Shown here one piece after another: positions 58,833-64,000 of a DNA stretch of 64,000 nt (position 1 is the stretch's first letter; each line of letters begins with the position of its first letter). The position numbers and the translations under genes are program-made. This stretch comes from a bacterium (GTDB lineage Bacteria; UBA8248): NCBI GenBank assembly GCA_965213625.1, contig CBDBZU010000004.1, positions 58,126 through 122,125 on the forward strand. The letters are read 5' to 3'. The notes under the pieces were generated by a model that was not told the DNA's origin, searched no databases, and saw nothing but the letters and a program-made list of their open reading frames with translations.

Positions 58833-59831
58833 ATGGAGACGACAAGAATGCACATCGACGCTCATTGCCACATATATCCCGATGAATACTTTGAGATCCT
58901 GGAAAATGAGGGCCCGCGCTACGGAGTGAAGCTCACCACGAACGCGGATGGCAAGCGCATCGTGGACATCAAGGGCATGATACACCCGCCCATCGAGCCT
59001 TTCACCAACGTGGACTTGAGGCTCGAGACCATGGACGAGATGAGCCTGGACATGAACATTCTCTCCTTCTCATCGAACCCGGGTTGCTACTGGGCGGACG
59101 ACGGCCTGGCCGATGAACTCTGCAAGGCGGCGAACGACGCCTACGCCGACATCATCGAGAAACACCCCACCAAATTTCATGGCCTGGCCTCCCTGCCCGC
59201 GCAGAACATCGACCTCTCGGTGAAGGAGTTGGAGCGCTCCGTGAACAAGCTTGGGCTCAAGGGCGGGTTTTTGAGCACGAACGTGAATGGCCGGTATCTC
59301 GATGACGAGAGTTTCTATCCCATCTACGAGGCGGCGGCGGGCATGGACGTGCCCATCATCGTTCATCCGGCCAATCCGGCGGGCGCGGCGCAGATGAAGG
59401 ATTACCACCTGTTCAACCTCGTCGGCTTCCCCACGGAGAGCGCGAACAGCATCGGACGCCTCATCTTCTCCGGGATATTCGAGAGGCTGCCGAACCTCAC
59501 CTTCATCTTCCTGCACGGAGGGGGAACCGTGCCCTATCTGGTCGGCCGCTTCGCACACGGCTGGAAGGTGCGGCCCGAATGCAAGAACATATCTCGCGCG
59601 CCCATCGAGTACCTGCGCTCGAACTTCTATCTGGATATGCTGGTCTTCCATCCGCCCGTCGTGCGCTTCCTGGTGGACGTCATGGGAGGAGACCGGGTCG
59701 TGCTGGGCACGGATTTGCCCTACGACATGACAGACACCGATGCGGTCGAAACGCTCCGGCAGTCGGGACTGAGCCAGGAAGAATACGAGAACGTCTCGCA
59801 CAAGAACATTCAGCGCTTGTTGAACCTCTAG
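58833..59831 (+). CDS. Amidohydrolase-2 (ACMSD-like) family protein
   Basis: MHIDAHCHIYP...VHPANP...GTDLPYD metal-ligand pattern. Confidence 0.75.
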   Translation: METTRMHIDAHCHIYPDEYFEILENEGPRYGVKLTTNADGKRIVDIKGMIHPPIEPFTNVDLRLETMDEMSLDMNILSFSSNPGCYWADDGLADELCKAANDAYADIIEKHPTKFHGLASLPAQNIDLSVKELERSVNKLGLKGGFLSTNVNGRYLDDESFYPIYEAAAGMDVPIIVHPANPAGAAQMKDYHLFNLVGFPTESANSIGRLIFSGIFERLPNLTFIFLHGGGTVPYLVGRFAHGWKVRPECKNISRAPIEYLRSNFYLDMLVFHPPVVRFLVDVMGGDRVVLGTDLPYDMTDTDAVETLRQSGLSQEEYENVSHKNIQRLLNL

Positions 59832-59849
59832 CCGGAATCGTCCGTACCG

Positions 59850-60593
59850 ATGTGGCCAACCTGGGATATCACGCTTCTTGTCTTCGCCGCGGCCTTCTTA
59901 GAGGGAGCCGCAGGAATCGATTTCGGCCTCCTGGCGACGCCTGCGCTGGGCGCCCTCATCGGGGTGCGCGATTCCGTGCTCACACTCTCACTGCCAAACT
60001 TGATCCTGGTGGCGATTCGCGCGATCGGCGGCGGCGTTCCCACCCCATCGCTCAAACGCCTCATGCCTTTCCTGGGTGCGGGTGCTGCGGGCGCCGCCGT
60101 AGGCGTGCTGACGCTCATATCCAGCCCGCCCACGTTCCTCAATTGGTCGGTGGGCGTCCTCGTCCTGTTGTTCGCCGTCTACAGCATCTCGCGCCAGAGG
60201 GTCCAACTCGATATGCGCGATGAGACCTTTTTCAACTATCTAGCTGGATTTTTCGCAGGCGGCCTGAGCGGCTTTTCATACGCGGGCAACCCCATAAGCA
60301 TCATGTATCTCGATAGCACGGGCGCCGGCCGCGCCCGGATGATGCGACTCGCCTACACGAGCGCGCTGGTATTCGCGAGCGTTCAGATAATCATCCTGAG
60401 CGGCTCGGGCACGCTGGGGGCCTTCGAATCGGCGCGCTCCGCCGTATCGATCCTGCCGGCAGTCGCCGGATTCCTCATGGGAAGGCTGCTGCGCGGACGC
60501 ATTCCGCCCGCCATCGGCTTCACGGTTGGCCTGGGGCTGATGATAGCCGCAGCGCTCGCCCTTTTAATTTTCGGGCCTTCGGGGTGGAAGTGA
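59850..60593 (+). CDS. TauE/SafE-family anion exporter membrane protein
   Basis: 247 aa, about 7-8 hydrophobic helices, Gly-rich repeats typical of the family. Confidence 0.65.
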   Translation: MWPTWDITLLVFAAAFLEGAAGIDFGLLATPALGALIGVRDSVLTLSLPNLILVAIRAIGGGVPTPSLKRLMPFLGAGAAGAAVGVLTLISSPPTFLNWSVGVLVLLFAVYSISRQRVQLDMRDETFFNYLAGFFAGGLSGFSYAGNPISIMYLDSTGAGRARMMRLAYTSALVFASVQIIILSGSGTLGAFESARSAVSILPAVAGFLMGRLLRGRIPPAIGFTVGLGLMIAAALALLIFGPSGWK

Positions 60594-60659
60594 GGAACGG
60601 GCCGAGGCAGTTCCTGGAAGTTCTGGAAAAATTTCCCTGACTCTTTCACGGGGAAACGG

Positions 60660-61622
60660 CTACACCACGCTTGCCCGCAGTAGATGGTGCAGGTGCAGCA
60701 CACCCGCCAGACGTACGTCCGCGCCCGCGGTGACCGCCAGGCACGTAATGGCGCTCGCCTCCATCATCTGAACCGCGGCGGCGGCCATTTCATCCTCATC
60801 AATCGTCTTCGGAGTTGTCGTCATCAGATCTTTGGCCGTAAGCCCGGGCAGATCTCCAATCTTCTCCATCGCGCGCCTCAAGTCCCCGTCCGTAATGACA
60901 CCGAGTAGTTCCTGCCCGGAGCCCATCACGCACGCCATCCCCAGCCTCTTGGCGCTCATTTCGCGCACGACCCGGCCCAGGGAAGCCGCCTCGTCCACGC
61001 GCGGCACGTCATCGCCCGTGACCATCAACTCTTTCACGCGAATGAGCCTTTTCCCCAAAGCCCCGCCGGGATGAAAACGCGCAAAATCCTCGGGCTGAAA
61101 CCCCCGCGCCTCCAGCACGGCCATCGCCAGCGCATCGCCCATCGCCAACGTGGCGGTGCTGCTCGCCGTGGGCGCAAGCTGAATCGGGCAGGCTTCTTCT
61201 TTCACGTGAATGTTCAGCACGGCCTGCGCCGCCCGCCAGAGGGTGGAATCCTCGGTTCCGGTGATGGCGATGAGCGGCGCGCCCAGACGGGCGAATACGG
61301 GCAGGATGCGCACCACCTCGTCCGTCTCGCCGCTGTAGGAGAGCGCGACGATGACGTCGTCTTTCGTCACCATACCCAAATCACCGTGAACGCCCTCTGC
61401 GGGATGGAGAAAATAAGAAGGCGTGCCCGTGCTCGCGAGAGTGGCGGAAATCTTCTGTCCGATCAGTCCGCTTTTCCCCATGCCGGTGACCGCGACCTTG
61501 CCCTTGCACCCCAGAACGATATCGACCGCCTCGATGAACCCCTCATCCAGCCGCTCGATGAGACCGGAAAGCGCCTCGGCTTCGATACGAAGCGTCCGCA
61601 CACCCCTTTCGACGGGATTCAT
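60660..61622 (-). CDS. kdsD: Arabinose-5-phosphate isomerase (KpsF/GutQ/KdsD; SIS + tandem CBS)
   Basis: KGKVAVTGMGKSGLIGQKISATLASTGTPSYFLHPAEGVHGDLGM, plus a C-terminal CBS pair. Confidence 0.85.
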   Translation of the reverse strand: MNPVERGVRTLRIEAEALSGLIERLDEGFIEAVDIVLGCKGKVAVTGMGKSGLIGQKISATLASTGTPSYFLHPAEGVHGDLGMVTKDDVIVALSYSGETDEVVRILPVFARLGAPLIAITGTEDSTLWRAAQAVLNIHVKEEACPIQLAPTASSTATLAMGDALAMAVLEARGFQPEDFARFHPGGALGKRLIRVKELMVTGDDVPRVDEAASLGRVVREMSAKRLGMACVMGSGQELLGVITDGDLRRAMEKIGDLPGLTAKDLMTTTPKTIDEDEMAAAAVQMMEASAITCLAVTAGADVRLAGVLHLHHLLRASVV

Positions 61623-61864
61623 GGAAGATACTGTTTTTCGAGAGATCAGAACCCATCCTCCCCGGAAACGTCTGGCGGAAAAATATCACCCCGTCACCAA
61701 GGTGTCCACGCGGGGCTTTTCGAGACCGGACCCGGCAGGCCCAAGTCTTTACTCTCACCGCCCCCCATGCTAGAAATTATAGTCAGAATGCCTCATGAAG
61801 ACGAATGCCCTTCGGATGGAGAGGGATAGAACCCCACCGCAGGAGAATCGCAGGAGTACCCGTC

Positions 61865-62614
61865 ATGTCCGGTCATTCCAAATGGAGCACCATCAAGCGG
61901 AAAAAAGGCGCACTCGACGCCAAGCGCGGCAAGATATTCACCAAACTCATCAAGGAAATCACCATCGCGGCCCGGCTCGGCGGAGGAGACCCCGACGGCA
62001 ATCCCCGGCTGCGCACGGCGATTCAGACGGCGAAAGGGGCCAACATGCCCCAGGACAACATCGCACGCGCCATCGCCAAGGGAACGGGCGACCTCGAAGG
62101 CGTGAGTTACGAGGAATGCGCCTATGAGGGCTACGGCCCCAACGGGGTGGCGGTTCTCATCGCGGTGCTCACCGACAACCGCAACCGCACGGGCGCGGAA
62201 ATCCGCCACATCCTGACGAAGAACAACGGCACCATGGCGGAGCCGAACGCCGTTGCGTGGAACTTCGAGAAAAAAGGATTGTTCCTCGTACCCCAGGAAA
62301 GCGTGGATGAAGAAACGCTCATGGAACTCGTTCTGGAAGCGGGGGCGGAGGACTTTGAATCCACCGACGATCTGTTCGAAATCCATACGTCGCCGGATGC
62401 GTTCGAAGACGTGCGCGAGGCGCTCGAGCAGAGCGATATCCCGACGGAATCCGCCGAGCTCGCCATGCTGCCCAAATCGACGGTGAAGCTCGAGGGCAAG
62501 GAAGCGGATCAGATGCTACGCCTCATGGAAGCGCTAGAGGACAACGACGACGTACAGAACGTCTACGCGAACTTCGACATCTCAGAAGAACAGATGGCGG
62601 AAGCTTCTGCATAA
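61865..62614 (+). CDS. yebC: YebC/PmpR-family transcriptional regulator
   Basis: [50 protein letters not shown]. Confidence 0.9.
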   Translation: MSGHSKWSTIKRKKGALDAKRGKIFTKLIKEITIAARLGGGDPDGNPRLRTAIQTAKGANMPQDNIARAIAKGTGDLEGVSYEECAYEGYGPNGVAVLIAVLTDNRNRTGAEIRHILTKNNGTMAEPNAVAWNFEKKGLFLVPQESVDEETLMELVLEAGAEDFESTDDLFEIHTSPDAFEDVREALEQSDIPTESAELAMLPKSTVKLEGKEADQMLRLMEALEDNDDVQNVYANFDISEEQMAEASA

Positions 62615-62645
62615 ACGCACAACCCACCGCCCGTGGGGTTCTTTT

Positions 62646-63179
62646 TTGAAGCAACCTGAAAACACATTTCGCGTGCTGGGCGTGGACCCCGGTCTGGGCG
62701 TGACGGGCTACGCCGTCTTGCGCCTCGATGAAGGCGAATACGAACCGCGCCTGGTGGACGGCGGCGTCCTCAAGAGCGACTCAAATGCGCCCCTCGAGAA
62801 GCGTCTCTACGAGTTGCACAAGGATCTTGCCCAGATTATCGAGGCGAACGAACCCCACGTAATGGCCGTGGAAAACCTCTACAGCCACTACAAGCACCCC
62901 CGCACCTCCATCATCATGGGACACGCCCGGGGGGTGATCTTCCTCGCCGCCTCGCAGGCGGGCGTTAAGGTGGTGAGCTATGCGGCCACGGAGATTAAAA
63001 AATCACTCGTCGGCGCCGGACGCGCCACGAAAACGCAGGTGCAGCACATGGTCCAGCAACGCTTGGGATTGCACGATTTACCGGAACCCCCGGACGTGGC
63101 CGACGCCATCGCCGCGGCGTATTGCCACATCGACCGCAGCCACTTGAGAAGTGCGCAGATTATCGGGAGCAGGTCATGA
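62646..63179 (+). CDS. ruvC: Holliday junction resolvase RuvC
   Basis: RVLGVDPGLGVTGYAVL...VENLYSH...ADAIAAAYCH. Confidence 0.9.
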   Translation: MKQPENTFRVLGVDPGLGVTGYAVLRLDEGEYEPRLVDGGVLKSDSNAPLEKRLYELHKDLAQIIEANEPHVMAVENLYSHYKHPRTSIIMGHARGVIFLAASQAGVKVVSYAATEIKKSLVGAGRATKTQVQHMVQQRLGLHDLPEPPDVADAIAAAYCHIDRSHLRSAQIIGSRS

Positions 63180-63811
63180 TCCGCCAGATATCGGGAGAGA
63201 TCGTCGACGTCCTGGCCGAATGCGTCATCCTCAATACGTCGGCCGGCATCGCTTATGAAATACAGGTGGGCGGGTATGCGATCCATGAGCTTCAGGCGCT
63301 CATGGGCGCACGCGAGGCGGTGGAACTCCACACCCACCATTACCTGGAAGGAAACGTGGCCACGGGCCAGCTTCTGCCCCGATTGGTGGGGTTTCTCTCC
63401 GTGGAAGAAAGATCTTTTTTCCTCTCTTTCATCAAAGTGCCCGGCATCAGCCCCAAAAGCGGGGTCCGGGCGATGAGTCTCCCTCCCCTTCAAATCGCAG
63501 AAGCCATCGCGACGGCGAACACCGTCATGCTCACCAAACTGCCCGGCATCGGCAGAAAAAAAGCCGAGCAGGTAATATCTACGCTCAGAGAAGAAATAGC
63601 GGAACTTCAACTGGTGGGAGAGGCTGCGCTCCCGACTGGGGAGCGTCAAGACGCCACGCCCTTACACGGGGACGTCATGGCCGTGCTGGTGGGGCAGTTG
63701 GGCTACCGCACGCCCGAGGCGGAGAATCTCGTGGAGCGCGCCGTCGCCTCGCTGGGAGCGGAGGCCGAGGCCGAGGCCATCTTGCAGGAAGTGTTCCGGC
63801 TGAGCCGATAG
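63176..63811 (+). CDS. ruvA: Holliday junction DNA helicase subunit RuvA
   Basis: MIRQISGEIVDV...GIAYEIQV...LTKLPGIGRKKAEQVI. ATGA overlap with the ruvC stop. Confidence 0.9.
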   Translation: MIRQISGEIVDVLAECVILNTSAGIAYEIQVGGYAIHELQALMGAREAVELHTHHYLEGNVATGQLLPRLVGFLSVEERSFFLSFIKVPGISPKSGVRAMSLPPLQIAEAIATANTVMLTKLPGIGRKKAEQVISTLREEIAELQLVGEAALPTGERQDATPLHGDVMAVLVGQLGYRTPEAENLVERAVASLGAEAEAEAILQEVFRLSR

Positions 63812-63821
63812 GGAGAAAACC

Positions 63822-64000
63822 ATGGTCATCGAGCGGCGCGTGAGCGCGAAGGCGGCGAGCCCGGCGGAAGAGCGAACTTTCACCTCGCTGAGGCCCACGC
63901 AGCTTGAAGAGTACGTGGGCCAGACCGACCTGGTGGCGAAACTGCGCATCGCGCTCGAGGCCTCGCGCAGAAGAAACGAACCCCTGGGCCACATTCTCTT
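63822..64000 (+). CDS. ruvB: Holliday junction helicase RuvB, 5' part (runs off the window)
   Basis: ATG 63822; MVIERRVS...SLRPTQLEEYVGQTDLVAKLRIALEASRRRNEPLGHIL is the typical RuvB N-terminus. Gene order is ruvC-ruvA-ruvB. Confidence 0.85.
   Translation, partial: MVIERRVSAKAASPAEERTFTSLRPTQLEEYVGQTDLVAKLRIALEASRRRNEPLGHIL

Overview
High-GC (roughly 60-65%) bacterial chromosomal segment with four zones. (1) 1-7.9 kb is a sterol-type triterpenoid cluster. It holds a single ORF fusing squalene epoxidase to an oxidosqualene cyclase (VSDCTAE catalytic motif), a GPP34-domain/cytochrome P450 fusion, and a convergent RND/MMPL transporter. (2) 8.5-19.3 kb is a decayed, mobile-element-rich segment. 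It contains a frameshifted HU gene, a gutted P450 pseudogene, and about 3.3 kb of ORF-poor structured sequence. On the minus strand that sequence carries two hairpins built like group II intron domain V/VI, and its only intact ORF is an IS110-family recombinase, with no reverse transcriptase. The segment also holds a 3.36-kb element bounded by perfect 21-bp inverted repeats that carries a frameshifted IS66-type transposase and a DUF4338 (DruA-like) gene with an in-frame amber codon, followed by a 23-bp tandem repeat array. (3) 19.6-41.5 kb holds metabolic and transport genes: tandem QueG-like Fe-S proteins, a CoA-transferase, tctCBA, an acyl-CoA dehydrogenase, tandem methyltransferases and a TAXI-TRAP system. 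Its intergenic regions are peppered with REP-like palindromes and MITE-like repeats. (4) 41.7-64 kb is core housekeeping: ppx-ppk, hicBA, a sulfatase, ssrA(tmRNA)-smpB-rnr, polA, kdsD, yebC and ruvCAB. A NYN/LOTUS gene sits between the tmRNA gene and a degenerate second copy of the tmRNA 3' end. All calls come from reading the ORF translations and the nucleotide sequence by eye. No database or covariance-model searches were run.
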